Positions 30,137 through 40,369 of a stretch of DNA of 64,000 nt are shown in pieces. Source of the DNA: an uncultured Candidatus Saccharibacteria bacterium. GTDB lineage: Bacteria > Patescibacteriota > Minisyncoccia > Phycocordibacterales > Phycocordibacteraceae. How positions within the stretch are numbered: position 1 is the stretch's first letter; each line of letters opens with the position of its first letter. Location: NCBI GenBank assembly GCA_964507275.1, contig CAZDPG010000001.1, forward strand, positions 276,577 through 340,576. The letters run 5' to 3'. A model generated the notes under the pieces. It saw only the letters and a program-made list of their open reading frames with translations. It did not search any database and was not told where the DNA came from. The translations under genes and the position numbers were made by a program.

Positions 30137-32776
30137 TCATTTACTACGCTTTGCATGGCGTTTGAGCGCTTTCGACAAATACTCGCCCGTATGCGAACCC
30201 TTCGTGTCGGCAACTTCTTCGGGCGTACCCTTCGCAATAACTTTGCCCCCGCCCGCGCCACCTTCGGGACCGAAGTCGATGAGATGATCGGCACTCTTGA
30301 TGACGTCGAGGTTATGCTCGATGACCACGACCGTATTGCCGCGCACGACGAGCTCCTGCAGTATCTCAATGAGTTTCTTCACGTCTTCGTAGTGGAGACC
30401 AACGGTCGGTTCATCGAGTAGGTAGATTGTCTTCATCGACATTGGGCGATAGAGTTCGCTCGCTATCTTCACGCGCTGCGCTTCGCCACCAGAGAGAGTC
30501 GTCGCACTCTGCCCGAGCGTGAGGTATTCGAGACCGGTCGAATTGAGGCTCGTGAGCCGCTCGGCAATCGCGGGAATATCACCAAAGAATTTCTCAGCCT
30601 CCTCGACGGTCATCTGGAGCACTTCATAGATATTTTTGCCGCGATACGTCACTTCAAGCGTCTCTTTCATGAAGCGCTTTCCCATACAGATGTCGCACGT
30701 AACGTATACGGTCGGGAGGAAGTGCATCTCCACCGCAATGGAGCCATTGCCCTGGCACGCTTCGCACCGACCGCCCGGGACGTTGAAGGAGAAACGGCCC
30801 GGCTTCCAGCCGCGCGCACGTGCTTCGCCAGTGGCAGCAAAGAGATCGCGGATATAGGTGAAGGCACCTGTGTAGGTAGCAGGATTTGAGCGCGGCGTAC
30901 GACCAATCGGCGACTGATCGATGAGCACGGCTCGCCCGACGTATTCTGTGCCGGTAAGCGAGGCAACGTGTTCGAGCTTCGCTTCTCGCTTCGCAAAGCG
31001 TGCCGCGATATTGCGATGCAGTATGTCGTACAGGAACGTCGACTTCCCGCTCCCGGACACGCCGGTGATACACACGAGCTTGCCGAGCGGAATGTCGATA
31101 TTCTGATTCACGAGGTTATGGAGCGTCGCCCCTCGCACCTTTATCGACCCCTTCTCGCTCGTACGGCGCGTCTCAGGGACCGCGACCTCCTTCTCCTGCC
31201 GCAGGTAGGCGAGCGTGACGGAATTCGTATCATTCTTTTTGGCCGTGAGCAGGTCATCGAGCCAGCCGGATGCGACCACTGTGCCTCCGTGGATGCCCGC
31301 ACCCGGACCGATATCGACAAGGTAATCGGCGGAGTAAATAGTGTCTTCGTCGTGTTCGACGACAACGATCGTATTACCGAGTTCTTTGAGCGTAAGTAAC
31401 GTCTTAATCAATCGGTCATTGTCACGCTGATGCAAACCGATGGTCGGCTCGTCGAGTACGTAGAGCGCGCCCGTGAGCCCGCTACCGAGCTGCGATGCCA
31501 GACGGATGCGCTGTGCCTCGCCGCCGGAGAGAGTCGCTGCCGAGCGATTGAGCGTCAAATAATCGAGGCCGACATTCAGCATGAACGTAAGACGACTGTC
31601 GATTTCCTTCAGTATCGGCGCCGCAATGTCGAACTTCATATCCGAAAGTTCGATACCATCGACGAAATCCTTGGCTTCGCGTATCGACATGTTGGTGAAG
31701 TCGACAATGCTCTTGCCGAGCGTCTTATCCTTCTTACTTTTCAGAAATACGCGAAGCGCTTCGGGGCGGAGTCGCTTCCCTTCACAGACCGGGCACATCT
31801 CCTCAGAGAAGAGTGTCGCTGTACCGAGACCGTTGCAAGCTGGGCAGGCGCCATAGGGTGAGTTGAAAGAGAAGAGACGCGGTTCGACTTCAGGGAACGA
31901 GGCTCCGTCGTCCGGACAGATGAAGCGCGAAGACAGCGTCTCCATCGTGCCATCCGCGTGTTGGATCTTCACCAATCCATCGGCCTGCTTGAGGGCCAAC
32001 TCGAGCGCCTCCGAGAGACGTTCGCGTGCGGCCACGGTCGAACGTATGAATTCTGAGACGAAGATTGAATCGACGACCGCATCAATGCTGTGCCGCTTAT
32101 TCCTATCGAGCTCTATCTTCTCGCGCAGCGATTGTAGCTTGCCATCGATCACAACCTTCTCATACCCCTTGCCGAGAAGGTCATAGAGGAGCTGGTAGTA
32201 TTCACCCTTCCGCCCCACGACGACCGGTGCATAAATAGTGACAGCCGTCTTGTCGACCGCGACACCCATGACGTTCGTGCTCGTGCCCGCACGTTTCGCC
32301 TCGACGCGATTGAACACCATTTTGATCATCTCTTCTTTCGAGAGGCGCACGATGGGTACATCATGATGAATACAGTACGGTTGTCCCGCGCGCGCATACA
32401 GGACGCGCAGATAGTCATAAATCTCGGTGACCGTCGCCACGGTCGAGCGGGGATTGTTCGAACGACTCTTCTGATCTATGGAAATGGCTGGTGAAAGACC
32501 GGTAATCTCATCGACATCCGGTTTCGCCATTTGATTAAGAAATTGCCGTGCATACGCCGAGAGCGACTCTACGTAGCGGCGCTGACCCTCGGCGAAGATA
32601 GTATCGAAGGCGAGCGAGGATTTGCCCGAGCCGGAGAGACCGGTGATGACCGTCATCGCTCCGCGCGGCATCTCAACCGATATGTTCTTCAGGTTATGAG
32701 TGCGCGCACCTTTCACAGAAAGCCAGTCGCTTCCGTGTTTATGCTTATGTTCTTCTTTTGCGCTCTGTTTTTTCAT
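30137..32776 (-). CDS. uvrA: Excinuclease ABC subunit A
   Basis: Two ABC cassettes ([12 protein letters not shown]…, [12 protein letters not shown]…) and zinc-finger Cys clusters. Confidence 0.97.
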   Translation of the reverse strand: MKKQSAKEEHKHKHGSDWLSVKGARTHNLKNISVEMPRGAMTVITGLSGSGKSSLAFDTIFAEGQRRYVESLSAYARQFLNQMAKPDVDEITGLSPAISIDQKSRSNNPRSTVATVTEIYDYLRVLYARAGQPYCIHHDVPIVRLSKEEMIKMVFNRVEAKRAGTSTNVMGVAVDKTAVTIYAPVVVGRKGEYYQLLYDLLGKGYEKVVIDGKLQSLREKIELDRNKRHSIDAVVDSIFVSEFIRSTVAARERLSEALELALKQADGLVKIQHADGTMETLSSRFICPDDGASFPEVEPRLFSFNSPYGACPACNGLGTATLFSEEMCPVCEGKRLRPEALRVFLKSKKDKTLGKSIVDFTNMSIREAKDFVDGIELSDMKFDIAAPILKEIDSRLTFMLNVGLDYLTLNRSAATLSGGEAQRIRLASQLGSGLTGALYVLDEPTIGLHQRDNDRLIKTLLTLKELGNTIVVVEHDEDTIYSADYLVDIGPGAGIHGGTVVASGWLDDLLTAKKNDTNSVTLAYLRQEKEVAVPETRRTSEKGSIKVRGATLHNLVNQNIDIPLGKLVCITGVSGSGKSTFLYDILHRNIAARFAKREAKLEHVASLTGTEYVGRAVLIDQSPIGRTPRSNPATYTGAFTYIRDLFAATGEARARGWKPGRFSFNVPGGRCEACQGNGSIAVEMHFLPTVYVTCDICMGKRFMKETLEVTYRGKNIYEVLQMTVEEAEKFFGDIPAIAERLTSLNSTGLEYLTLGQSATTLSGGEAQRVKIASELYRPMSMKTIYLLDEPTVGLHYEDVKKLIEILQELVVRGNTVVVIEHNLDVIKSADHLIDFGPEGGAGGGKVIAKGTPEEVADTKGSHTGEYLSKALKRHAKRSK

Positions 32777-32828
32777 GAGAAATTCCTACCCGTGGCGGGG
32801 CAGGTACGGTATGACTGTACCACTTTTA

Positions 32829-34901
32829 TTAAGACCCGGAAAGCGCCTTACGGGTGCGCCGCTTCTTGGCTTTCGGGCCAGTACCTTCCAGTTTGTATAT
32901 CTCATCACGTATGAGCGCTGCGGTCTCGAAGTCCAATTTCTCTACCGCCTCTTCCATCTCTTCCCTCTTCCGCTTGAGGAACTCTTTCGGATCGTCTTTG
33001 TACGCGAGCGTATCGAGCACGAGCAGTTCATCGATCGTCTTCTGGTGTTCTGTGCGCATCGATGCAGCGATATCATGAATCTCTTTCTTGATAGTGAGCG
33101 GCGTAATGCCGTGCTTTTCGTTATACGCGAGTTGGAGCGCGCGCCGGCGGTTCGTCTCGCTGATGGCCTTGGTAAGCGAGTTCGTCATGACATCAGCGTA
33201 GAGAATGACGCGACCAAGCACATTACGCGCTGCCCGGCCGATGGTCTGGATGAGCGACGTCTCGGAACGGAGAAATCCTTCCTTGTCTGCGTCGAGAATG
33301 CCGACGAGCTCGACCTCGGGCAAGTCGAGTCCTTCGCGAAGCAGGTTCACGCCAACCAGAATATCGAAGCCACCTTTGCGGAACTTCGTGAGGATATCGA
33401 TACGGTCGATTGTCTTCACGTCCGAGTGGAGATATTCGGCCTTGATGCCCTTCTCACGCAGGAACGAGGCCAGGTCTTCTGCCATCTGTTTGGTAAGCGT
33501 CGTCGCGAGTGCGCGACCACCGCGTTTGATGACTATCTCTGCCTCGCCGATGAAATCAGCTATCTGACCTTTATAGCCCTTCGCCTCGACGACACCGCGC
33601 ACGGTGAGCTCTGGATCGATGAGTCCGGTCGGACGGATAACCTGCTCGACAATTTGCTCAGAGTGCTCGCGCTCATAGTTGCCGGGTGTCGCCGTCGTAT
33701 AGACGACTTGCCCTACACGTTCCTCGAACTCTTCGAAACGGAGCGGGCGATTATCTCGCGCCGACGGGAGGCGGAAGCCGTATTCGACGAGCACATCCTT
33801 ACGCGATTTATCCCCGGCATACATGCCGCCGATCTGCGATACAGTGACGTGCGATTCGTCGATGACCGTGAGGAAATCCGCCGAACCGTCTTTTTTATGC
33901 GGGAAATATGAGAGGAGTGTATGTGGCGGCTCGCCTGCTTTCCGCCCATCGAAGTGGCGAGAATAATTCTCAATACCGGTCGTATAGCCGAGCTCGCGGA
34001 TGAGTGCGAGATCGTGGAGCGTGCGACGCTTCAGTCGCTCGGCTTCGAGCGGCTTCTCTTCGCGCTTCAGTTTCGCCAACTGTTCCTCAAGCTCAAGCTT
34101 AATATCTCCGATAGCCCGGTCGCGCTCTGCTTCGTCCGTCACGAAATGCTTCGCCGGAAAAATGAAGACCGATTCGGGTTCGGCGACCTTCGCTCTAGAC
34201 ACCGGATCAAGCTGGTCGATACTGCCGATGATATCGCCCTCGAAGGTGACGCGGTACATCACACGCTCGTTGACCGGCATGAACTCGAGCGAGTTGCCGA
34301 TAGCGCGCAACTGCCCGGGATTCAGATCGGCATTCGTCCGTTCGAAGTAAATGCGAACGAGCTTGCGGATAAGCGCCGCACGGTCCTCGACACTGTCCTT
34401 TTCGATCTTCACATGCACTTTCTCGTATTGTTCCGGCGAACCGAGGCCGTAGATAGCGGAGACTGACGCAACAATGATGACATCCTTGCGCGTGAGTAAG
34501 GCCTGCGTCGCAGCATGGCGCAAACGATCGATCTCAGCGTTGATCATCGCTTCCTTCTCTATATAAGTATCCGAGTGCGCGATGTACGCCTCCGGCTGGT
34601 AATAGTCATAGTACGAAACGAAATAATGAACCGCATTCTCAGGAAAGAATTCCCGATACTCCTGGGCAAGCTGCGCCGCGAGCGTCTTATTATGCGCAAG
34701 AACAAGTGTCGGCTTGTCATAGGCGGCGATGACATTCGCCATGGTAAACGTCTTGCCGGAACCGGTCACACCGAAAAGCGTCTGGTGACGCAGGCCCTTT
34801 GTAAGCCCTTTTTCAAGAGCTTTAATCGCCGCTGGCTGATCGCCTGCCGGAGGATAGGGGGTATGGAGTTTGAAGTTAGCCATGCCTTGACAATATAGCA
34901 C
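32829..34901 (-). CDS. uvrB: Excinuclease ABC subunit B
   Basis: Walker A GVTGSGKTFTMANVIA, helicase motifs and a C-terminal UVR domain. Confidence 0.97.
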   Translation of the reverse strand: MLYCQGMANFKLHTPYPPAGDQPAAIKALEKGLTKGLRHQTLFGVTGSGKTFTMANVIAAYDKPTLVLAHNKTLAAQLAQEYREFFPENAVHYFVSYYDYYQPEAYIAHSDTYIEKEAMINAEIDRLRHAATQALLTRKDVIIVASVSAIYGLGSPEQYEKVHVKIEKDSVEDRAALIRKLVRIYFERTNADLNPGQLRAIGNSLEFMPVNERVMYRVTFEGDIIGSIDQLDPVSRAKVAEPESVFIFPAKHFVTDEAERDRAIGDIKLELEEQLAKLKREEKPLEAERLKRRTLHDLALIRELGYTTGIENYSRHFDGRKAGEPPHTLLSYFPHKKDGSADFLTVIDESHVTVSQIGGMYAGDKSRKDVLVEYGFRLPSARDNRPLRFEEFEERVGQVVYTTATPGNYEREHSEQIVEQVIRPTGLIDPELTVRGVVEAKGYKGQIADFIGEAEIVIKRGGRALATTLTKQMAEDLASFLREKGIKAEYLHSDVKTIDRIDILTKFRKGGFDILVGVNLLREGLDLPEVELVGILDADKEGFLRSETSLIQTIGRAARNVLGRVILYADVMTNSLTKAISETNRRRALQLAYNEKHGITPLTIKKEIHDIAASMRTEHQKTIDELLVLDTLAYKDDPKEFLKRKREEMEEAVEKLDFETAALIRDEIYKLEGTGPKAKKRRTRKALSGS

Positions 34902-34957
34902 AAAGAATGTTAATCCTGATACGGGACAGTCTGGTCCTCATTTCGAGAGGAATTTTG

Positions 34958-35143
34958 ATGGAGGAATATTTCAGCTCTTGGTTCTCGTGGCGTTTTCTCT
35001 GGGTCATGTTGCTGTCGAGCATCGCGACCGGTGTGCTTTCGCAATTTCTCGATATCTATCAAACACCGACGGGGCGGAAGACTGGCATCATTTGCGCCGT
35101 TGCATTCATCTTCGGCACGATAGCGATGTTCATCGCGAAATGA
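34958..35143 (+). CDS. Small two-TM membrane protein (hypothetical)
   Basis: SD gagagga 8 nt upstream of the ATG at 34958. The longer track ORF from 34907 is probably an over-extension. Confidence 0.3.
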   Translation: MEEYFSSWFSWRFLWVMLLSSIATGVLSQFLDIYQTPTGRKTGIICAVAFIFGTIAMFIAK

Positions 35144-35186
35144 CGAACCAGCGACAACTTACAAAGCAGGCCCCGGTCTGCTTTGT

Positions 35187-36407
35187 TTATTTTCCATAAT
35201 ACCTACGCACAAAATCTGCGCGATATTCATCAAAGCGACCGTCGAGGATAGCTTGGCGCGCACCCGCCACAAGATTGAGTATGAAGCCGATATTGTGCAT
35301 CGAGCAAATGATGGAGCCGGTCATCTCACCCGCGCGCACCAGGTGCGACGCATACGCACGGGTGAATGCCTCCGTCCCTGGGACAAGAGTCTCAGGATCA
35401 AGTGGAGAGAAATCATTCGCGAACTGCCCATTCCGGAGATGGATGATCCCTTTCTTCGTATAGATAGAGCCGTGCCGACCGATGCGGGTCGCCGCGACGC
35501 AGTCAAAAAGATCCATACCGTTTGCAATACCCTCCAAGATATCGCCCGGCTCGCCGATACCGAGGAAGTGTCTTGGTAGTTCTTCAGGCAATTCGCTCAC
35601 CGCTGCCACAAGTGCGCTCTTCATGTCCTCCTTCGAGAACGATCCGCCGATACCAATACCATCGAAACCCATGCGTGCAATCTCACGAGCAGACTCCCGG
35701 CGCAGATCCTCATGCCGACCGCCCTGCACGATGCCAAAAAGAGCCTGCTTCTTATTTGCTTCGATATTCTGCCGATGCGCCTTCAAGCCACGCTCGGCCC
35801 AACGATGGGTACGCTCCATCGCTTCTCGCTGGTATGCGTAGGGGGCCGTCGGTGAAGTGCATTCGTCGAAAGAGAAGAAGATGTCTGCTCCAAGATTGTG
35901 CTGGATCTCAACCGAACGCTCGGGCGTAAACCGGTGGAGCGAGCCATCGAGGTGCGATGTGAAAGTAACGCCCTCATCGTCAATAATGGCGAGCTGTCCA
36001 TGCTGACTCTGCACGCCCTCATCGTACACGGCAACACCCTCCTCCTGTGGTGCATCCTCCTTAACGAATTTCGATATGGTCTTGCCGAATGCTGCGCCGA
36101 GCGAGAACACCTGGAAGCCGCCTGAGTCCGTGATAGTTGGTCCATTCCAGCTCATGAACTTTGCTAGGCCACCTGCCTCTTTCACAATCTTCTCGCCGGG
36201 CTGGAGATACAGATGATACGTATTCGCGAGCACGACGCCAGCACCGAGCGTCTTCAGTTGATCAGGTAGAATGCCTTTCACGTTCGCTTTCGTGCCGACC
36301 GGTGTGAAAGCGGGTGTGCGAATGACGCCATGCGGCGTAGTAAGTAAGCCAGCACGCGCCCCGCCAGATGATGTACGTTTTTCTATCTTAAAACCGATGG
36401 CACTCAT
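35187..36407 (-). CDS. tgt: Queuine tRNA-ribosyltransferase
   Basis: LTTPHGVIRTPAFTPVGT…ANTYHLYLQPG…DSGGFQV and zinc-site cysteines. Confidence 0.93.
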   Translation of the reverse strand: MSAIGFKIEKRTSSGGARAGLLTTPHGVIRTPAFTPVGTKANVKGILPDQLKTLGAGVVLANTYHLYLQPGEKIVKEAGGLAKFMSWNGPTITDSGGFQVFSLGAAFGKTISKFVKEDAPQEEGVAVYDEGVQSQHGQLAIIDDEGVTFTSHLDGSLHRFTPERSVEIQHNLGADIFFSFDECTSPTAPYAYQREAMERTHRWAERGLKAHRQNIEANKKQALFGIVQGGRHEDLRRESAREIARMGFDGIGIGGSFSKEDMKSALVAAVSELPEELPRHFLGIGEPGDILEGIANGMDLFDCVAATRIGRHGSIYTKKGIIHLRNGQFANDFSPLDPETLVPGTEAFTRAYASHLVRAGEMTGSIICSMHNIGFILNLVAGARQAILDGRFDEYRADFVRRYYGK

Positions 36408-36523
36408 TACTCCCTACCATACCGTATTGCATGGGTATTGACAAATGGTAATAATGGTATATTCTTGTATACGGAGCTATTTGAAGCCGATTCATCCCGA
36501 ATCGGTACCACTCACGGAGGTCT

Positions 36524-37066
36524 TTGACCATGAAAACGAATACCAAGATCGCCGTTTTGGCGATGACAGTACTGCTTGGCGCATGCGCCGGCCCTGGCCC
36601 GCGTGTCAATATCTCGGTGACCATGCCGGACGGCGAAAGAGCAACGATTGTCGCCCACCAGCAGGCGGTCCCGGATTGGATGCTCGATCGCGGCAAACTT
36701 GCTCTGAACTACATCGTGAAGGGTGAGGTGGGCGCGAAACAGCTCGCTGCCGTTGCCGAAACTGAACGCGCGTGCCGCATTTACACCGACACGGTGCGTC
36801 CGAGCAATCTGGTCGGCGTCGTATCGAGCGGTGTGCTCTACGCCGCCGCTGGCTTCATCGGTGTCGGTATCGGATCGCAAGCCTTCACGGGCGCTGTCCA
36901 AAGCGAGTATGCAACATACGGCGCATGGGCAAGCGGCGTTTCCGGTACGGCAAACGGTGTGGTCACTCTCGGCGGTCAGACGTATACCTTCGAGAACTGC
37001 GGTCGAGAAGTGCTCGGCCTGTTCCCCGGATACGAAGTGCGGGTGCTCAACAAGAGCCCCTACTGA
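36524..37066 (+). CDS. Lipoprotein (hypothetical)
   Basis: Signal peptide with lipobox LLGAC and a Gly/Ala-rich mature domain. The Arg/Cys-rich antisense ORF was rejected. Confidence 0.6.
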   Translation: MTMKTNTKIAVLAMTVLLGACAGPGPRVNISVTMPDGERATIVAHQQAVPDWMLDRGKLALNYIVKGEVGAKQLAAVAETERACRIYTDTVRPSNLVGVVSSGVLYAAAGFIGVGIGSQAFTGAVQSEYATYGAWASGVSGTANGVVTLGGQTYTFENCGREVLGLFPGYEVRVLNKSPY

Positions 37067-37087
37067 CCTGGTCTTTCTTGAAACACA

Positions 37088-37130
37088 ATGGGCACGAACC
37101 TCACGGTTCGTGCCCATCTTCTTTTTTTAT
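37088..37130. terminator. Strong rho-independent terminator (13-bp perfect stem + T9), probably bidirectional between convergent genes
   Basis: atgggcacgaacc-tcac-ggttcgtgcccat followed by cttcttttttttat. Confidence 0.7.
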
Positions 37131-37132
37131 AT

Positions 37133-37639
37133 CTAGTTAGCCTTCTGCACCTTCACGAGCTCCACTTCGAAAATGAGCGTGGAATTCGCAGGAATGACAT
37201 TCCCGATGGCCTGGTCGCCATATGCATAGGCAGCAGGGATGACGAGCTTTCGCTTGCCGCCCTCCTTCATGCCAGCAACGCCGAGGTCCCAACCCTTAAT
37301 CACCTGCCCTGCTCCGAGAGTAAACGTGAAGCCGGCAGTACCATGATTAGCGGAAGCATCGAAGACTGTTCCGTTAGTGAGTGAACCGACGTAGTTCACG
37401 GTCACACTATCGCCAGCCTCGGCGGTTGCGCCCGTGCCGACCGTCTCATCAAGTGCCTGGAGTTGGTCGGAATTTTCTGTAGTCATAGAAGTTGATTCGA
37501 TTTGAGTATTAGTAGATCCTAGTGAAGCTTCGTCCGCCGCCGCTGGCTGTCCCCACGGTAGAAGACCCGGGAAGATGAAGAATAGCGCGACGACGGCGAG
37601 TGCGAGTGCTACGGCGATGCCAGTCTGAGTTGGTTTCAT
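37133..37639 (-). CDS. FKBP-type peptidyl-prolyl cis-trans isomerase (secreted or anchored)
   Basis: FKBP core GDSVTVNYVGSLTNGTVFDAS…GQVIKGWDLGVAGMKEGGKRKLVIPAAYAYG. Confidence 0.85.
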   Translation of the reverse strand: MKPTQTGIAVALALAVVALFFIFPGLLPWGQPAAADEASLGSTNTQIESTSMTTENSDQLQALDETVGTGATAEAGDSVTVNYVGSLTNGTVFDASANHGTAGFTFTLGAGQVIKGWDLGVAGMKEGGKRKLVIPAAYAYGDQAIGNVIPANSTLIFEVELVKVQKAN

Positions 37640-37654
37640 ATCAATGGATTAGAG

Positions 37655-37963
37655 TTATGCAGATTGAAAATCTTTGAACCGTTTGACCTCCTCGGCAACA
37701 GCGGTCCTGACGACCGCCTCGTGCCCAGGTACCTCCTGATCAAGGAACATCTTCAGCGCAGAAGCATCACCCGCTTCTGCGAGCTTCGCGAACGCTTCGC
37801 GCTTATCTTCGGCAAGATTCCCCAGCACCGCTAGCGTCGCCGCCTTGAGGGCGACTTCGCCGAACTGCGCGATAAGTGGCTTTTGCTCTTCGATGGGAAG
37901 GGCGGATATGCCGAGATCGGCAGCGATGGCGGCGGTTAATTCATCTTGCATAGGGGATATCAT
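37655..37963 (-). CDS. Small hypothetical protein, last gene of the VirB4-like/VirB6-like operon
   Basis: 102-aa Ala/Glu-rich ORF starting 9 nt after the upstream gene ends. Confidence 0.4.
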   Translation of the reverse strand: MISPMQDELTAAIAADLGISALPIEEQKPLIAQFGEVALKAATLAVLGNLAEDKREAFAKLAEAGDASALKMFLDQEVPGHEAVVRTAVAEEVKRFKDFQSA

Positions 37964-37972
37964 ATCACAGGG

Positions 37973-40363
37973 TTATTTGATAACTTTCTCAAATTCATCA
38001 GGGCCTGGAGCTTTCATAAACTCCCTGAAGAAACCAAGAAACCCGGTTGTCTGTACAGGGGCACCAGAAGGAACCACCTTCCCGTCTACGAGGTGCCACG
38101 GAATGCGGTGCTCCCCATTATCGTCAGCGGCATAGATAATCTTGTCTGGATTCTTGATGAGATAGTCGAGAATCATCTTCCCCCGCTCTACCGGCGAGCC
38201 GCCATACGCAAATATACGATTAGCGCTATCGGCATACAAATGCGGCACTGCTGCCGGCACTTCCACGCCGAACGAGTTTACGACGCTATGGGGTTCCATA
38301 ATCGGAGCCCGAACCGCTTCAGCAGTCCCTTGATTGGCGACATCCTGCGCAGGTGTAAGGTCCACGGTCTTTACCGGTTCTGGAGAGACGATCTGCTCAG
38401 GAGCAATAGTATGTGGCATCGCCGTCTCTACCGGAGCGGGCGTTTGTTCATTCACGAGTCCCGTCAATGGGTTTATCTCTTGCGGAGCGGCCGACTGCGT
38501 ACCGAAGTACAAATCGAGCGCTTCCGGCGTCGGTGCTGGCGATTCGACATGCGGTATGGTGAACGCCGTAGGTGTCACCGCGACATGCGCCGGAGCAACC
38601 TGCAGCTCACGGCCGGCATCAGAGAGGAAGAGCTCGCCTCGTGCGCCAATCGTCATCTGCGCATCCGGCGTGATGAGGACACTCGAACCATCAGCGCGGA
38701 AGAACTGATGCTTCGAATCAGATGCAATCTCATGTACGAGTTTATCTATAGAATCCTCATCCGCTGCGAGAAGCCGCGCGAGGTCACTCTCGGGATTCGC
38801 ATTTGCAGGCAGCTCGACGCCTTTCGTATGCAAATCTTCCCAAAGTCGCTTCATCATATATTCATAGCCGTGCCCGGCCGACGCTTTAACGGTCGGCATT
38901 TCGATTGTCGTAGGAGCTGTTGCTTCCGGTGCTGTAGTTGGAGCGGCTTCGCCCACTACGGGAGCATGGATTTCTGGCCCTGGCGCGGTGTCAGGAGCGA
39001 GCGTTTTGTTCCCGGTCATGCTCCCAATCCACCTGAGTATCGCCTCATCCTTCTGAGGCTGGTTCGCGAAATCGATAGCCTCCTTCACCCCCTCGACCAA
39101 AAGCATCATGGCCCCGGTCATACCAGCCGTATAGAGTATCGCCTTCCCCATCGCCTTTTCTTTCTCCCATTTTCCATCCTGTGCAGACTTTTCGTATTTC
39201 AAGAACATTGCTGATAATCCAGCGATACGCTGTGCGCCGATGCCTGCCCCGGTAAAGACGAGCCCCAGAGCCGCCGGGATCGACGCTCCTGCTGCTGCCG
39301 AGACGCCCATCCCGATGCCGAGACTGAGACCAACGGCAACCTTACTCTTCCATCCGAGTTTCCCGTACCACTCCCCAAGTGATCGGAAACCTTTTTCTGT
39401 TTTAGCGGCTATGGCCGTATCCAGTTCGCCCAATCGCCCAGAGAGATGTGTCTTCATGCGTTCAGGTCCTCCAGAGACTTTCTCTTTCGCGCCCTCGCCG
39501 AACTTTCCGACGAGCTCGCGCAATTTCTGCTTCCACTCTTTCGGTGTACCGTCCGCCATGGGGACGTCTTCTGTCTCGCCTTCCGCGGCGTCTGCGACAA
39601 ACTCTCCTCTCGTTCGAGCTTTCTTGTTTCTGTTTATTTGTTCTTGCACGTCTGCTTCAAGTGCATTTCTTGCTCCGGCGCCGAATAACACATCCATGTC
39701 AGCCTGCATCTCGGGGTTAATGGTGTATTGTGACGCATTCAGAGTACTTTCGTCTACGCTCGGTACCGAATGCGGATCAAAAGGTTCTTCTGTCTGGGCG
39801 GCTGACTCCGAAAGGTCAATATCGAGACCACGTCGTGCGATGGACTTCTTCGCAGAGCGCACATCGGAACTCGTGGGAGACTTCTTGCTTTTCTTCTTGC
39901 TTCGCGCCACATCAGCGCGCAGTTTTTCCAGATACCCTTCCCGTCTGGATTCAGGGAGTCTCTCATACAGCCGCAATGCGTCGGCAGGAATCTTGTCGCC
40001 AAATATTGCTGAGAGTTCGCTCGGAACGTTCGCGACATCTTTCGACACGGCCTCAGGCATTGAAGACCCATCTGCTGCTCCCTGCTTACTAAGCAATTCA
40101 AAGACTTCGTTCCCGACAGATACACCAAGCTCCCTTTCTTCTTTCCGTCGTGCCTCGGCCTCTTGCATCGCGAGCCCTATTGCTGTCGACTGTGCCTCTG
40201 ATTTCGCGTCGGCAATAGGGGTTGCTATAGGTAGTTCCCCGCCATTTCTCTTAGCATCAACGGCGGCTCTTCTATCTTTCTTATTTCGCCCACCATTCTT
40301 CTCAGAAGAATCGTCGTCATCTCGTGGAGGATAGTCTTTTCTAGGGTTTATACGTTCAGACAT
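37973..40363 (-). CDS. Large (796 aa) VirB6/TrbL-like membrane protein with long low-complexity flanks (tentative)
   Basis: A central cluster of 3-4 TM helices sits between charged, Pro/Ala-rich arms. The start lies 6 nt after the upstream ATPase stop. Confidence 0.5.
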   Translation of the reverse strand: MSERINPRKDYPPRDDDDSSEKNGGRNKKDRRAAVDAKRNGGELPIATPIADAKSEAQSTAIGLAMQEAEARRKEERELGVSVGNEVFELLSKQGAADGSSMPEAVSKDVANVPSELSAIFGDKIPADALRLYERLPESRREGYLEKLRADVARSKKKSKKSPTSSDVRSAKKSIARRGLDIDLSESAAQTEEPFDPHSVPSVDESTLNASQYTINPEMQADMDVLFGAGARNALEADVQEQINRNKKARTRGEFVADAAEGETEDVPMADGTPKEWKQKLRELVGKFGEGAKEKVSGGPERMKTHLSGRLGELDTAIAAKTEKGFRSLGEWYGKLGWKSKVAVGLSLGIGMGVSAAAGASIPAALGLVFTGAGIGAQRIAGLSAMFLKYEKSAQDGKWEKEKAMGKAILYTAGMTGAMMLLVEGVKEAIDFANQPQKDEAILRWIGSMTGNKTLAPDTAPGPEIHAPVVGEAAPTTAPEATAPTTIEMPTVKASAGHGYEYMMKRLWEDLHTKGVELPANANPESDLARLLAADEDSIDKLVHEIASDSKHQFFRADGSSVLITPDAQMTIGARGELFLSDAGRELQVAPAHVAVTPTAFTIPHVESPAPTPEALDLYFGTQSAAPQEINPLTGLVNEQTPAPVETAMPHTIAPEQIVSPEPVKTVDLTPAQDVANQGTAEAVRAPIMEPHSVVNSFGVEVPAAVPHLYADSANRIFAYGGSPVERGKMILDYLIKNPDKIIYAADDNGEHRIPWHLVDGKVVPSGAPVQTTGFLGFFREFMKAPGPDEFEKVIK

Positions 40364-40369
40364 ACGAAA

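Noticed and set aside
32700-33911. 403-aa plus-strand ORF spanning the uvrA/uvrB junction
   Set aside because: Antisense to two well-supported genes, Arg/Leu-rich composition, no domain.
36512-37117. 201-aa minus-strand ORF overlapping the lipoprotein gene
   Set aside because: Arg/Cys-rich, whereas the plus-strand ORF has a clean lipobox signal peptide.
37946-40334. Two long plus-strand ORFs (422 and 364 aa) antisense to the 796-aa membrane-protein gene
   Set aside because: Arg/Cys-rich or Ser/Ala-rich low-complexity products. The minus strand gives a coherent protein tightly coupled to its operon neighbours.
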